Shown here in pieces: positions 26,877 through 37,709 of a stretch of DNA of 64,000 bases. The notes below the pieces were generated by a model. That model ran no database searches, was not told the origin of the DNA, and worked only from the letters and a program-made list of their open reading frames with translations. The number at the start of each line of letters is the position of its first letter. The stretch's first letter is position 1. The position numbers and the translations under genes were made by a program. This stretch comes from Terriglobales bacterium (GTDB taxonomy: Bacteria; Acidobacteriota; Terriglobia; Terriglobales; SCQP01), in assembly GCA_035573035.1 (NCBI GenBank), contig DATNAC010000087.1, forward strand, positions 2,157 through 66,156. Direction: 5' to 3'.

Positions 26877-28253
26877 TCAGGCTTTCTTCTTGGTCTTGAC
26901 GGGCATAAACCGGTCCATGAAGGCGGTGCTGAGGCGGCCGGCCTGGAAGTCGGGATCGGCGAGGATGCGGCGGTGCAGCGGGATCGAAGTATCCACCCCT
27001 TGGACGATAAACATATCCAAGGCGCGATGCATCCGCTGAATGGCTTCGGTCCGGTCGTGGCCGTAGACGATCAGCTTGGCAATCAGGGAGTCGTAATACG
27101 GGGGGATGATGCCTTCGCTATAGACGGCCGAGTCCACGCGCACGCCGATGCCGCCGGGAAGGTTGAGTCCGGTGACCTTGCCCGCCGAGGGGGTAAAGGT
27201 CTCGGCGTTCTCCGCATTGATGCGGCACTCGATGGCGTGGCCGCGGGGCAGCAGGCCGGCGCCGTCGAGGGGCTCGGTCAGAATGGCGTCGAGGCGCTCG
27301 CCGGCGGCGATGCGGATCTGGGCCTTGACCAGATCGAGCCCGGTCACCATTTCGGTGACCGGGTGCTCCACCTGCAGCCGCGTGTTCATCTCGATGAAGA
27401 AAAGCTCGCCGCTCTCGTCCATCAGGAACTCGATCGTGCCGGCGTTGGTATAGCCCACCTTGGCCATGGCGGCGGTAACGATCTTGCCCATGGCCTTGCG
27501 GCGCTCGGGCGTGATCGGGGTGGCAGGCGATTCCTCGATCAGCTTTTGGTGGCGGCGCTGCACGCTGCACTCGCGCTCGCTGAGGTGGATCACGCGGCCG
27601 TGTTCGTCGCCCAGCACCTGGAACTCGATGTGGCGCGGGCGTTCGACGAGCTTTTCCAGGTACAGGTCGCCGCAACCAAACGCGTTGGCGGCTTCGGCCT
27701 GGGCGGCCGAGAAAAGCCCGGGCATCTCGGCGGAGGTGCGGACGATGCGCATGCCGCGTCCGCCCCCGCCGGCGGAAGCCTTGATCATGACCGGGTAGCC
27801 GACGCGCGCGGCGACCGCGATTGCGTCGGCTTCATCCTTCAGCATGCCGTCGGAGCCGGGGAGCACGGGGAGCCCGACCGACTTGGCCGCCTCGCGCGCG
27901 CGCTCTTTCTCGCCCATCAGGCGAATCACGTCGGGGCGGGGCCCGATAAACTTGATCCGGCTGCTTTCGCAGACCTCGGCGAAGTTGGCGTTCTCCGAGA
28001 GAAATCCATAGCCGGGGTGGATCGCGTCCACGTTGGTAATCTCGGCCGCGCTGACCACGGAGGGAATGTTGAGGTAGCTTTCGCCCGGGCGCGGCGGCCC
28101 GATGCAGATGGCTTCATCCGCGAAGCGTACATGCAAGGCATGGCGGTCCGCCTCGGAGTAAACCGCTACCGTCTTGATGCCCAGTTCCTTGCAGGCGCAG
28201 ATGACCCGGAGGGCGATCTCTCCCCGATTGGCAATGAGAATTTTCTTGAACAT
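26877..28253 (-). CDS. accC: Acetyl-CoA carboxylase, biotin carboxylase subunit
   Basis: [40 protein letters not shown]-grasp motifs, and [16 protein letters not shown]. Confidence 0.95.
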   Translation of the reverse strand: MFKKILIANRGEIALRVICACKELGIKTVAVYSEADRHALHVRFADEAICIGPPRPGESYLNIPSVVSAAEITNVDAIHPGYGFLSENANFAEVCESSRIKFIGPRPDVIRLMGEKERAREAAKSVGLPVLPGSDGMLKDEADAIAVAARVGYPVMIKASAGGGGRGMRIVRTSAEMPGLFSAAQAEAANAFGCGDLYLEKLVERPRHIEFQVLGDEHGRVIHLSERECSVQRRHQKLIEESPATPITPERRKAMGKIVTAAMAKVGYTNAGTIEFLMDESGELFFIEMNTRLQVEHPVTEMVTGLDLVKAQIRIAAGERLDAILTEPLDGAGLLPRGHAIECRINAENAETFTPSAGKVTGLNLPGGIGVRVDSAVYSEGIIPPYYDSLIAKLIVYGHDRTEAIQRMHRALDMFIVQGVDTSIPLHRRILADPDFQAGRLSTAFMDRFMPVKTKKKA

Positions 28254-28264
28254 GGACGGGGCGC

Positions 28265-28740
<476 letters not shown>

Positions 28741-28741
<1 letters not shown>

Positions 28742-29817
28742 CAGAGGGTCAACATCGCTTTCGGCGTGGGGGTCAGTACCTCGGCCCCGTTTTCGGTGAT
28801 GAGGGCCACGTCCTCGATCCGGATACCGCCCCAGCCGGGCACATACACGCCGGGCTCGATGGTCACCACCTGGCCGGCCGCCAACAACTCGGTGGCCGTA
28901 GCCGCCAGGCGTGGGGCTTCGTGAATCTCCAAACCGACTCCGTGGCCGGTGGAGTGGGGAAAAAACTTGCCCAATCCGGCCCGCTGTAACGGACGGCGGG
29001 CGGCCTGATCCACGGCGGCGCAGGCGACACCCGGGCGCAGGGCGGCAAGGGCGGCCTGCTGGGCCTCGAGCACCCGGGCATAGAGATCGCGCGCGCGCCG
29101 ATCAGGCTTGCCCATGTGCACGGTGCGGGTCATATCGCTCACATAACCGCCGAGTATAACACCGTAGTCGAGAACGACGAACCCGCGGCGCGGCAAAGGG
29201 TAGGGCGCCGGGCGTCCGTGCACCAGGGCGCTGCGCGGGCCGGACGCGACGATGGTATCAAAGGCCAAGCCCTCGCCGCCGGCTTGCCGCAGCGCAAACT
29301 CCAGCCGGCCGGCCAACTCGGTTTCCAGCATGCCGGGGCGGGCGGCGGCGGCGGTGGCCGCGAATACCGAGGAGGCGAGTTCGACCGCGCGGCGGATGGC
29401 GGCAATCTCCTCCGGGTCTTTAATCGAGCGCAAGGCCTCAATGCCGTTCTGGGTGGGGCGAAGGCGATGGGCTTTGCCCGGCCAATGGTGCAAGAACCGG
29501 GCGCGCTGCGCCACCGTGACGTGCTCGGCCTCAAAGCCAATCGTGGGCGCCCGGGCGGCGCGTGCGGCCGCGGCCTTCCAGAGGTCGCCGCGGGGAGGGA
29601 TCACCACCCCCGCCGCTTGAACCTCGTTGGCGGCCTGCTCGCGGTAGCGACCGTCGGTGAAGAGCCAAGCGCGGGACGAAGTCAGCAGGAGCAGGGCGTT
29701 GGAACCGCTAAAGCCGGTCAGGTACCGGATATTGGGCAGGTGCGAAACCAGCCATGCATCCACCGCCAGGCTGGAGAAACGGTCACGGGCGCGGGCTTGG
29801 CGGCGTTGGTAGTCCAC
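28741..29817 (-). CDS. M24-family Xaa-Pro aminopeptidase/dipeptidase
   Basis: Creatinase-like N-domain ([13 protein letters not shown]) and pita-bread metal ligands (VLDYG...DMTRT...[13 protein letters not shown]...TIEPG...IRIED). Confidence 0.88.
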
Positions 29818-29875
29818 GGGATGACGATTCGATACTCATGGTAGCGCAACTCCGGGACACGGCCGCGGCCTCCTA

Positions 29876-30751
29876 GTGCTCATGCAGGGCGGTTGGGTGT
29901 GCCCGGAAGATGGCGCGGTGCTGGAGGAAAGAGTAGCGGCGCTGCACTGTTCCGTCTGCGGGCGGGGGTACGAGGTGGCGAACGGCGTCGCCTGCTTCAC
30001 CGAAACGGGTCGTCTGGACGAGCACCAGCGGTTTGAACAGGCGCGCCGGGAGCGGTTGGTGGAGTGGAACGGGGACCGGCGCCACCGCTACGAGCAGCGG
30101 GTGGAACGGGAGGCGGTGGTGCGGCGGATGCGGTTGGGCGCGGGCGACCGGCTGTTGGACGCCGGCTGCGGCGCCGGCCACATCACGTGCGCGCTGCTGG
30201 CGAGCGGAGCGGCGGTAGTCGCGCTCGATTTTTCGCGTGCGCGGCTCGAGGCCGTGCGAGCGCGGGCGCCCGCGGGCAGGCGCCTGGAGTTGGTCGCCGC
30301 CGATGTAACACGGCCGCCGCTGCCGCCGCAGAGCCTGACCGCGATCGTGTGCACGCAGGTGCTGGAGCATATCCCCGGCGCCGGGGCGCGGCGGAGCCTG
30401 TTGGCGAACTTTCGCCGTCTGCTGCGGCCCGGGGGCACGCTCCTGCTGACCGTCTACAACTACAGCGAAGCCTGGCGGCGCCGCGCTGCCGCGCGCGAGG
30501 GGATGCACAACACCGGAATCTTCTATCACTGCTACCGCTCCGGGGAATTGGCGGCCGAGATGGAAGGGTTCGAAATTCTGGAACTGTGCGGGCTGGTGCA
30601 CCTGTTTCCGCACACCTACCGGGCCCTTCCCTGGCTGGGTTGGCCGGGGCGCGCGCTGGACCATTGGGCCGAGCGCCGCCCCCGCCTTAGCCGGCGCTGG
30701 GGCCAGTTGTTGTTGGCCCATGCGCGCCGGCCCGTGCGCCCGCGCACGTGA
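29876..30751 (+). CDS. Class I SAM-dependent methyltransferase with N-terminal Trm112-like zinc ribbon
   Basis: CPEDG...CSVCGRGYEVANGVACF followed by LLDAGCGAGHIT and IVCTQVLEHIP. The minus-strand ORF 29873-30721 is antisense shadow. Confidence 0.8.
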   Translation: MLMQGGWVCPEDGAVLEERVAALHCSVCGRGYEVANGVACFTETGRLDEHQRFEQARRERLVEWNGDRRHRYEQRVEREAVVRRMRLGAGDRLLDAGCGAGHITCALLASGAAVVALDFSRARLEAVRARAPAGRRLELVAADVTRPPLPPQSLTAIVCTQVLEHIPGAGARRSLLANFRRLLRPGGTLLLTVYNYSEAWRRRAAAREGMHNTGIFYHCYRSGELAAEMEGFEILELCGLVHLFPHTYRALPWLGWPGRALDHWAERRPRLSRRWGQLLLAHARRPVRPRT

Positions 30752-30760
30752 GGCTAAAGA

Positions 30761-31690
30761 CTAATGTCCCCTGAGAAAGCGCTCCACCTCGATCGCCGCC
30801 ATGCAGCCGGTGCCGCTGGCGGTGATGGCTTGCCGATAGCGCCGGTCGGCCACGTCGCCACAGGCGAACACCCCGGGAATCCGGGTGAAGACGTAGTCGT
30901 GCGTGACCAGGTAACCGTCGGCGTCGGTCTCCAGTCCCTGGCTCCACTGCGTATTGGGCACGTGGCCGATGCCGAGGAACACGGCCGCGATGGGCATCTC
31001 CCACTGGCGCGTGGAACCGTCGGTGGCTTCGAGCCGGACCCCGGTGACTTCCTTGCGGGCGACGTCCATGACGTCGGTGATGACCGCGTTGAGGATCCAC
31101 CGGATTTTGGGATGCGCCTGGGCACGCTCGAGCATGATGCGCGAGGCGCGGAAGTCGCCGCGGCGGTGCACGATGGTGACGCTGGAGGCGAAGCGGGTCA
31201 GGAACAGCGCCTCCTCCATGGCGGAGTCGCCGCCGCCGACCACGATGATGTCCTTGTTTCGGAAGAAAAACCCATCGCAAGTGGCACAACTGGAAACGCC
31301 GTGGCCGATCAGCGCCTGCTCCGAGACCAGGTTGAGCCAGCGCGCGCGCGCGCCGGAGGCGATGATGAGGGCGCGGGTGGCGAGCGGCTCGGCCGCGTCC
31401 TCGACGCGAAGCTCGAATGGCGACCCCTGCAGATTGGCGGCCACCACCTCGCCCTCGGCGAACTCGGCCCCGAAGTTGGCGGCTTGTTCGCGCATGTTCT
31501 CGATCAACTGCGGCCCTTGGATGCCGTCGGGGAAGCCGGGAAAGTTCTCCACCAGGGTGGTGAGGCTGAGCTGGCCGCCGGCCTCGCGGCCCTCGATCAC
31601 CAGCGGTTTTAGGCCGGCGCGGGCGGTGTAAATGGCGGCGGTGAGGCCGGAGCAGCCGGAGCCGAGAATGACAACGTCGCGAGGGGTCAT
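30761..31690 (-). CDS. trxB: Thioredoxin-disulfide reductase
   Basis: Start moved to the ATG at 31690 (MTPRDVVILGSGCSGLTAAIY). Redox-active CATCDG, NADPH site VVGGGDSAMEEA, and GVFACGDV. Confidence 0.93.
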   Translation of the reverse strand: MTPRDVVILGSGCSGLTAAIYTARAGLKPLVIEGREAGGQLSLTTLVENFPGFPDGIQGPQLIENMREQAANFGAEFAEGEVVAANLQGSPFELRVEDAAEPLATRALIIASGARARWLNLVSEQALIGHGVSSCATCDGFFFRNKDIIVVGGGDSAMEEALFLTRFASSVTIVHRRGDFRASRIMLERAQAHPKIRWILNAVITDVMDVARKEVTGVRLEATDGSTRQWEMPIAAVFLGIGHVPNTQWSQGLETDADGYLVTHDYVFTRIPGVFACGDVADRRYRQAITASGTGCMAAIEVERFLRGH

Positions 31691-31729
31691 AACCTGTGCC
31701 GCCCGAGGGCAGAATGCTAGACTACCATC

Positions 31730-32263
31730 ATGCCAACTAGCTTGCCGCCGGGGCTGTATGCGCACTTTTCCACCTCGCAGGGGACCTTCACCGCCCGCTT
31801 GTTCGAAAAAGAGGCGCCCAAGACGGTGGCGAACTTCGTCGGCCTGGTGGAAGGCAGCAAAGAGTTCAACGACCCCAAGAGCGGCGTCAAAACCAAGCGG
31901 CCCTACTACAACGGCCTGAATTTTCACCGCGTCATTCCGGACTTCATGATTCAGGGGGGCTGCCCGCTGGGAACGGGAACCGGCGGTCCCGGGTACCAGT
32001 TCGCGGATGAGTTCGATCCCCAGTTGAAACACGCCCAGCCGGGCATGCTGTCCATGGCGAACGCCGGGCCGGGAACCAACGGATCGCAGTTTTTCGTGAC
32101 CGTGGCGCCCGCGCCCTGGTTGGACAACAAGCACTCGATCTTCGGCCAGGTGGTCGAGGGCTACGGCGTGGTCGAGAAAATCTCCCAGGTGGATCGCGAC
32201 CGCCAGGACCGCCCGCGCACTCCGGTGGTGATGAACCAGGTCAGCATCGAACGGGTGGGCTGA
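31730..32263 (+). CDS. Peptidyl-prolyl cis-trans isomerase, cyclophilin type
   Basis: FHRVIPDFMIQGGCP, GMLSMANAGPGTNGSQFFVT and LDNKHSIFGQV. Confidence 0.93.
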   Translation: MPTSLPPGLYAHFSTSQGTFTARLFEKEAPKTVANFVGLVEGSKEFNDPKSGVKTKRPYYNGLNFHRVIPDFMIQGGCPLGTGTGGPGYQFADEFDPQLKHAQPGMLSMANAGPGTNGSQFFVTVAPAPWLDNKHSIFGQVVEGYGVVEKISQVDRDRQDRPRTPVVMNQVSIERVG

Positions 32264-32272
32264 CCGCGGACG

Positions 32273-33190
32273 ATGCCGCTCTCGCCGAAACTGCGGTTCA
32301 AGCTGAACCGCCTGCAGAACCGCTGGGAAGCCTGGAAGGCGGGCGTGCGCAACACCGAGCAGGCGGTGACCGCGGAGCAGAAAATGTGCCCTTCCTGCCG
32401 CGCCCTGGTGCCGCGCGGCAAGGCCAACTGCCCTTACTGTGGGCAGCGGCTGGCGGTGTTTGCCGCCTCGCCGGTGGGCCGCATGGCGAGCCGCGCCATG
32501 CCCACCATTCCGGTTACCGGCTGGATTATCCTCGCCAACTTCGTGATGTTCGTGCTGGAGTACGCCGCTAGCGGAACATCCATTTTCTCCAACCTGATGG
32601 CCTCACCCAGCCCAGCCGCGACGCTGCGGCTGGGTGAGAGCCTGCCTATGCGGTATGTCTTCGGGAGCGGGCAGTATTGGCGCTGGGTGACCGCTTGCTT
32701 CCTGCACGGCGGCCTGCTGCACATTGGCTTCAACATGTGGGCGCTCTACGATATCGGCCCGCTGGTGGAGTCGTTTTACGGCGGCGCCAAATTCTGGTTC
32801 CTATACATGGCGACGGGCGTCGCCGGCTATATCGTGTCCAGCTACTTTGGCTACGCCAGCCTGGGCGCGTCCGGCGCGATCTTTGGGTTGCTGGGCGTGA
32901 TGATCGCTTACGGCACGCGCCGGAGCCACACCTCCGCCGGGCAACAATTGCGCAGCGTGGCGGTACGCTGGGCGATCTACGCGCTGGTTTTATGCTTCAT
33001 CCTTCCGGGCGTGGATAACTTCGCGCACATCGGCGGTTTGGCCACCGGCTTCCTTTTAGGCATGGTGGTGGGCGACGATCCGCCGCTCACCGACAGCCAG
33101 ATCCGGCTGTGGACGGCGGTGCAGTGGCTGGTGCTGATCGTGGTGGCGGGGTCGTTCGTGCTGATGCTGCGCGCTCCCCTCCCCGGTTAG
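32273..33190 (+). CDS. Rhomboid-family intramembrane serine protease with N-terminal zinc ribbon
   Basis: CPSCRALVPRGKANCPYCG, then WRWVTACFLHGGLLHIGFNM, the catalytic GASGAIFGLLG motif and AHIGG. Confidence 0.88.
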   Translation: MPLSPKLRFKLNRLQNRWEAWKAGVRNTEQAVTAEQKMCPSCRALVPRGKANCPYCGQRLAVFAASPVGRMASRAMPTIPVTGWIILANFVMFVLEYAASGTSIFSNLMASPSPAATLRLGESLPMRYVFGSGQYWRWVTACFLHGGLLHIGFNMWALYDIGPLVESFYGGAKFWFLYMATGVAGYIVSSYFGYASLGASGAIFGLLGVMIAYGTRRSHTSAGQQLRSVAVRWAIYALVLCFILPGVDNFAHIGGLATGFLLGMVVGDDPPLTDSQIRLWTAVQWLVLIVVAGSFVLMLRAPLPG

Positions 33191-35034
33191 CGGAGCGGGA
33201 TGTAGGTCATGGCCGAGACGGCCACGCCGTTGACGGTGACGTTGGTCGGATCCACCTGGTTCACGTCAACGCCGCCCGTGACGGCATTGGCGGTCTGCAA
33301 CAGCGCCAGATCCATCTTCAACAGCTCGCTGGAGTCCTGCCGCACGGCCAGGCCATACGATTTGCCGTCGGCGCCGAGATACACCGCCAGCGAGTGCGGA
33401 TGTCCGGTGGGAGTATTGGCCCAGGGCAGGCCGTCGGGACCGACCGGGACCTGCGCCCACCGGATCTGGCTGGGCGGCGTGGGAGAGCCGGTTCCGGGCG
33501 AGGCGGGCAGGTTGGCCACGCCCACGCAACTCCCCAAATTGGCGAACCAGCCGACGTGACTGGTGAATTCCAAATTGACGCCGTTCCAGGCGCCCACGCA
33601 CCCGGTCGTAATGGTGTAAGACGCCGCCTGGGTCGGGATCGCCCCGCCTGATGCCGAGGCGGTATTGAAGTTCAAACTCACATAATTATTGGCGTTGGCA
33701 TCGCCGACGTGCAGCAACGCGGTGGCGGGGTCGAAGGCGGCGGTATCCGGACTCGCGCCCAAGGCGGCGCTGCCGGTGGCGTGTACGGCACTGACCGTGC
33801 CCGCGATCAGGTCCAGCATGGTTACCCCCGCCCCGCCGGTGCCGTTAAAGGGCGCGTAAATCCGTTGCGTGTTCGGATCGTAAGAAAAATTGGCGGCCGC
33901 GGGCGCGGCCAGGGGCGCGGTTGTGGAGCCGTCGTCGAGATTGAGGGTGAGATAGCCGGCGGCGGTGTCGAGAACCGCCCGGTCGCGCGCGCTGTCCACA
34001 ATTAATCCGCAAATGGTGCAGGTTGCGCCATTCACCGTGGTCTGCGTTGAAACCGGCACAGGCAAGGACTCGAGCACCTGGTCGGAGTTCGCATCCACGA
34101 TCTGCACAAGGTTGCTGGCGTAGCTCGCCACGACCACCTGGTTCTTGGACGGATGCGCCGCCGCCATGGTGGCGATGTAGCCGTTGGGCATGACCACCGA
34201 GCCGATCTGCTTGTTCGCCTCGAGGTTCACCACCGCCAAGTGATCCGATTCCGGCACGTAAGCCTTGGTGGCGGTGACCGGGTTGCCGCTGGTGTCGGTT
34301 CCGGCATGGGCGACGAGCACCGCAACCGAGCCGGAGGCGGCGGGACTGGCGGGCTCGCTGCGGATATACACCGCGTTGGTGTCGCCGTTGGAATCGGGGT
34401 TGACGATGTTGAGCGAGAGCAGCCCGGGCGCGGTGATCTGGGCCGTCACCTTCATCTCTTGCGAGCCCAACTGTTGCACGCCGTTCACCTGGGCCCCGCT
34501 CAAATTGACGGTGGCGCCTTGGGCAAAGAAGTTGCCGACGATATCGAAGGTATAGCTCTTACCGGCGGTCACCACGCCCGGCGCCAGGCTGGTGGGGTTG
34601 GCGGGCTGGTTGAACAGCGTAATTGTAGTAGTGGCGCGCTGCGAGGTGTCGGCCGCGGCGACCGCTAGCACCGTGACCGTGTTGGGCGTAGGGACCGCCG
34701 GCGGGGCGGTGTAGAGGCCGGTGGAGCTGATGAAGCCGAATACATTGTTACCACCTTGAACGTAGTTTCCGTCCACGCCCACGGAATAAATGATGTTGGT
34801 GTTGGGGCTGTTGGAGACGGCGGCCTGCAGTTGCAGCGTGGCGGGGACAAGATTGCCCGCACTGTCGGTGGCGGTGATGACCAAGCCGGGTGTGAAGTTG
34901 TTAATAAAGATGGAAACGGGCGGGGGCGGAATGTAGTAGGTATCGCATCCGCTCGACGCCAGTGAAGCCATCGCCAACACAACCAGCGCCGCCAGGGGCG
35001 CCGTTCCGGTCCATTTCAAGCCGCGAATGTTCAT
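33187..35034 (-). CDS. Lipoprotein with Ig-like (IPT/BIG-type) and beta-propeller-like regions, unknown function
   Basis: Start moved to the ATG at 35034 (MNIRGLKWTGTAPLAALVVLAMASLASSGC lipobox). Ig-like stretches are followed by repeat-like beta-rich sequence. The 5' extension to 35541 in the track has no support. Confidence 0.62.
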   Translation of the reverse strand: MNIRGLKWTGTAPLAALVVLAMASLASSGCDTYYIPPPPVSIFINNFTPGLVITATDSAGNLVPATLQLQAAVSNSPNTNIIYSVGVDGNYVQGGNNVFGFISSTGLYTAPPAVPTPNTVTVLAVAAADTSQRATTTITLFNQPANPTSLAPGVVTAGKSYTFDIVGNFFAQGATVNLSGAQVNGVQQLGSQEMKVTAQITAPGLLSLNIVNPDSNGDTNAVYIRSEPASPAASGSVAVLVAHAGTDTSGNPVTATKAYVPESDHLAVVNLEANKQIGSVVMPNGYIATMAAAHPSKNQVVVASYASNLVQIVDANSDQVLESLPVPVSTQTTVNGATCTICGLIVDSARDRAVLDTAAGYLTLNLDDGSTTAPLAAPAAANFSYDPNTQRIYAPFNGTGGAGVTMLDLIAGTVSAVHATGSAALGASPDTAAFDPATALLHVGDANANNYVSLNFNTASASGGAIPTQAASYTITTGCVGAWNGVNLEFTSHVGWFANLGSCVGVANLPASPGTGSPTPPSQIRWAQVPVGPDGLPWANTPTGHPHSLAVYLGADGKSYGLAVRQDSSELLKMDLALLQTANAVTGGVDVNQVDPTNVTVNGVAVSAMTYIPLR

Positions 35035-35150
35035 GAGGGGATAAGGGTGGGGCGCGCCGGCCGGCGGCGTCGGCTCCCGAAGTGGCTCCAGTCTGCTCAT
35101 TATAGCCGGAGCTTGTGGGTAGATCTCGGCCAAGCCGGCGCGCGCAGTTT

Positions 35151-35166
35151 TGGCATTTGGCGTGCT
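35151..35166 (+). promoter_or_regulatory. Candidate sigma-54 (-24/-12) promoter
   Basis: TGGCAT-TTGGC-GTGCT with GG-N10-GC spacing, 20 nt before a small ORF and 185 nt before the M23 peptidase ATG. Confidence 0.35.
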
Positions 35167-35186
35167 AGACGAATGGCGGAGGTCGG

Positions 35187-35315
35187 ATGTTCGAAGGGTT
35201 GATGCAAATCGGAATTGTGCTGGCGGCTTTTGCGGCCACAACCGGCGCAGGGGGTCTGGCGATGCGTTGGGTGATTCAGGGATTGGCCCGAGGTCTGCGG
35301 CCGACGAAATCCTGA
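35187..35315 (+). CDS. Possible 42-aa single-TM small protein
   Basis: MFEGLMQIGIVLAAFAATTGAGGLAMRWVIQGLARGLRPTKS. GGAGG sits 4 nt before the ATG, but GC3 is only about 64 percent, below the local coding norm. Speculative. Confidence 0.25.
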   Translation: MFEGLMQIGIVLAAFAATTGAGGLAMRWVIQGLARGLRPTKS

Positions 35316-35350
35316 GACGCTTCTGCCCGTCCAACGTACAATCGGAAGCG

Positions 35351-36646
35351 ATGACGCGACGGGCAGGCGGAGGGGCGCTGGCGGGATTGGCGCTCATTTT
35401 GACCATGGCGGGCTGTGGCCGGGCGCGAGGCACGCCAGCACGAGCGAAAATCGCCCCGGCCGCCCCGACGGCCTCAACGCCGCCGGCGCCCGCGCAACCG
35501 GCGCCGGAAACGGTCAAGGTTCCCCCGCACAGCAACTTCACCGCGGCGGTCGCGCCCTTTCACCTCGACCGCCACGATTTTCAGCAGGTCATCGCGGCGG
35601 CCCGGCCCGTCTACAACCTGGCCCATATCCGCACCGGCAACGAGCTGACTCTCACGCGAGCCGGCGGCGGCGCGCCCGCCGAGTTGACCTATCAGATTGA
35701 CGACAATCACTGGCTGCACGTGCGCCGCGGTGAAGGCGCCGATGCCGCCTGGACGGCTGAGATCCAAACCATTCCGTATGAAACGCGGCTGGCGGGCGTC
35801 AGCGGTACGATTCAGAGCTCTCTGTTCGGCGCCGTCGAGGCGGCGGGCGAGCACGATGCGCTCGCGCTCCAGATCGCGGATATCTTTGGCTGGGATCTGG
35901 ACTTCTATACCGATCCCCGGCAGGGCGATGTGTTCCGCCTTCTGGTGGAGAAGCGGTACCTGAACGGGAAGTTTTCCGGCTATGGGCAGATCGTGGCCGC
36001 CGAATATGTCAATGGGGGCGAGCCGCCGCAGGGCCAAGTGTACGACGCGGTGCGGTTTCATGACGATCTGGGCATGCTGGCATACTACCGCCCGGATGGG
36101 CGCCCCATGAAGCGCGAGTTCCTGCGCTCACCGCTGAAATTTGCGGCGCGCATCAGCAGTGGGTTTAGCGAGAACCGGTACCACCCCATCTTGAAGATTT
36201 ACCGGCCCCACTTGGGTACCGATTTCGCTGCGCCCACCGGAACCCCGGTGCAAACCATCGGCGCCGGCATCGTGGTCAAGGCGGGACGCTATGGCGGGGA
36301 CGGCAACATGGTGCAGATCCGGCACGCCGGGGGCTACCAGACGCTGTACCTCCACCTATCGCGCATCCTGGTGAAGGTGGGGGAGCGCGTCGCGCAGGGT
36401 GAGCGCATTGGCCTGGTCGGGATGACCGGCCTTGCCACCGGGCCGCACCTTGATTTTCGCATCGAGCACGGCGGGTCGTTTGAGAACTTCGAGGTGCTGC
36501 GCAAGAAGCTGCCCCCGGCGGAGCCGGTGTCGCCGCGGATGATGGGGCAGTTCCGGGCGGTTCTGGATCGCACGATGCCGGAGCTGCGCCGGCTGCAGCC
36601 GGCGGGCGCGTCCGCGAGCGCGGATCCGCCCACAAGCTCCCATTAG
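35351..36646 (+). CDS. M23-family metallopeptidase lipoprotein
   Basis: Start at the ATG at 35351 (MTRRAGGGALAGLALILTMAGC lipobox). HLGTDFAAPTGTPV and GLATGPHLDFRI are the M23 zinc motifs. Confidence 0.88.
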   Translation: MTRRAGGGALAGLALILTMAGCGRARGTPARAKIAPAAPTASTPPAPAQPAPETVKVPPHSNFTAAVAPFHLDRHDFQQVIAAARPVYNLAHIRTGNELTLTRAGGGAPAELTYQIDDNHWLHVRRGEGADAAWTAEIQTIPYETRLAGVSGTIQSSLFGAVEAAGEHDALALQIADIFGWDLDFYTDPRQGDVFRLLVEKRYLNGKFSGYGQIVAAEYVNGGEPPQGQVYDAVRFHDDLGMLAYYRPDGRPMKREFLRSPLKFAARISSGFSENRYHPILKIYRPHLGTDFAAPTGTPVQTIGAGIVVKAGRYGGDGNMVQIRHAGGYQTLYLHLSRILVKVGERVAQGERIGLVGMTGLATGPHLDFRIEHGGSFENFEVLRKKLPPAEPVSPRMMGQFRAVLDRTMPELRRLQPAGASASADPPTSSH

Positions 36647-36687
36647 CAGCCCGTGGCGCAACGCCTCAAACCGGTGGCGGAGACGTG

Positions 36688-36714
36688 CGAGACCCGCGCC
36701 CGGAGCGGGTCTCG
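36688..36714 (+). terminator. Stem-loop after the M23 peptidase gene (possible terminator)
   Basis: 10-bp perfect stem CGAGACCCGC / GCGGGTCTCG with a 7-nt loop. Only a weak T tract follows. Confidence 0.4.
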
Positions 36715-36783
36715 TGTACTGCACCGGAGGTCAAAATTCATTGCACCACGGGCCGCTGGGCATAGTTCATTCATAATGAATCC

Positions 36784-37377
36784 GTGTCGTCGGTTGCACC
36801 CCTAAAATCGGTGAAGGCGGGACTACCCCCGTGGTTGTACCCGGCCAATGTGGTGACCGAGCTGCGGCTGGCGGCGATCCCGGTCATCGTGGTGCTGGTT
36901 GTGTGGGGGCATGTGGACTGGGGCCTGACGTTGTTTGTCGTCGCGGCGGTGAGCGACGGCTTTGACGGCTGGCTGGCGCGGCGCTTTCATCAGCACTCCT
37001 CCTTGGGCGGCTATCTCGATCCGGCCGCCGATAAAGGACTGCTGACGACGCTCTTTATCGTTCTCGCGATCATGGGGCCGATCCCCTGGGCGATTACAAT
37101 CCTGGTGCTGGTGCGGGACGGATGCATTCTGGTCTCCGCGCTGGTGCTGTTCACGGTTACCGATTTCCGTGATTTTCGGCCGACGTGGTGGGGCAAGGCG
37201 TCGACGACGGCGGAGCTGGCAACGGGGGCGGTCGCCTTGATGACCATGGTAACGTCCAATCGCGGGGTGATGGGGCTGGAGGAGTTTGGTTGGGTGGCGG
37301 TGACCTTCTTTAGTTTGGTCTCCGGTATCCACTACTCATTTACGGCGGCGCGGCGGTACCACACGCAACGGGGCTAG
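36784..37377 (+). CDS. pgsA: CDP-alcohol phosphatidyltransferase (PgsA-like)
   Basis: DGFDGWLARRFHQHSSLGGYLDPAADK matches the D-G-x2-A-R-x8-G-x3-D-x3-D signature. Multi-TM, GTG start. Confidence 0.83.
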   Translation: MSSVAPLKSVKAGLPPWLYPANVVTELRLAAIPVIVVLVVWGHVDWGLTLFVVAAVSDGFDGWLARRFHQHSSLGGYLDPAADKGLLTTLFIVLAIMGPIPWAITILVLVRDGCILVSALVLFTVTDFRDFRPTWWGKASTTAELATGAVALMTMVTSNRGVMGLEEFGWVAVTFFSLVSGIHYSFTAARRYHTQRG

Positions 37378-37412
37378 CGGACCGCGGCATCGGATAAGGC
37401 TGGCTGGCGCCA

Positions 37413-37697
37413 ATGGCCCAGGGAATGGAGATGCCCATGGACGATGCGACCCGGGAACCGATCCCGATGCCTTCCCCGCGCGGGGAGGAGCCGGGCTGGC
37501 GGCCGGCTGTGGAACACGTCAGCCGGATGCTGGGCCGCGGCGTGCGCCAAGTGCGGGCCGAGGCCGACCGCTTGCGGGAGTTGGTGCGGGCGGCGCGTAC
37601 CCACGAAGGACGGGAACGCAACTTGGCCCCGTTGCTGGTGCTGACGGCTTCCTGCGCCTTTCTGGTCGGTCTTGGGCTGGGTTGGCGGCGGCGTTAG
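37413..37697 (+). CDS. Small tail-anchored protein, hypothetical
   Basis: 94 aa, high GC3. Charged helical N-terminus and a single C-terminal TM (LAPLLVLTASCAFLVGLGLGW). Confidence 0.5.
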   Translation: MAQGMEMPMDDATREPIPMPSPRGEEPGWRPAVEHVSRMLGRGVRQVRAEADRLRELVRAARTHEGRERNLAPLLVLTASCAFLVGLGLGWRRR

Positions 37698-37709
37698 AGA
37701 GAGGACACG

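Noticed and set aside
31691-32134. N-terminal extension of the trxB ORF (track start 32134)
   Set aside because: The extension is antisense to the cyclophilin gene. TrxB homology starts at the ATG at 31690.
35035-35541. N-terminal extension of the lipoprotein ORF (track start 35541)
   Set aside because: The extension overlaps the M23 gene start region and has no signal peptide. The internal ATG at 35034 gives a textbook lipoprotein signal.
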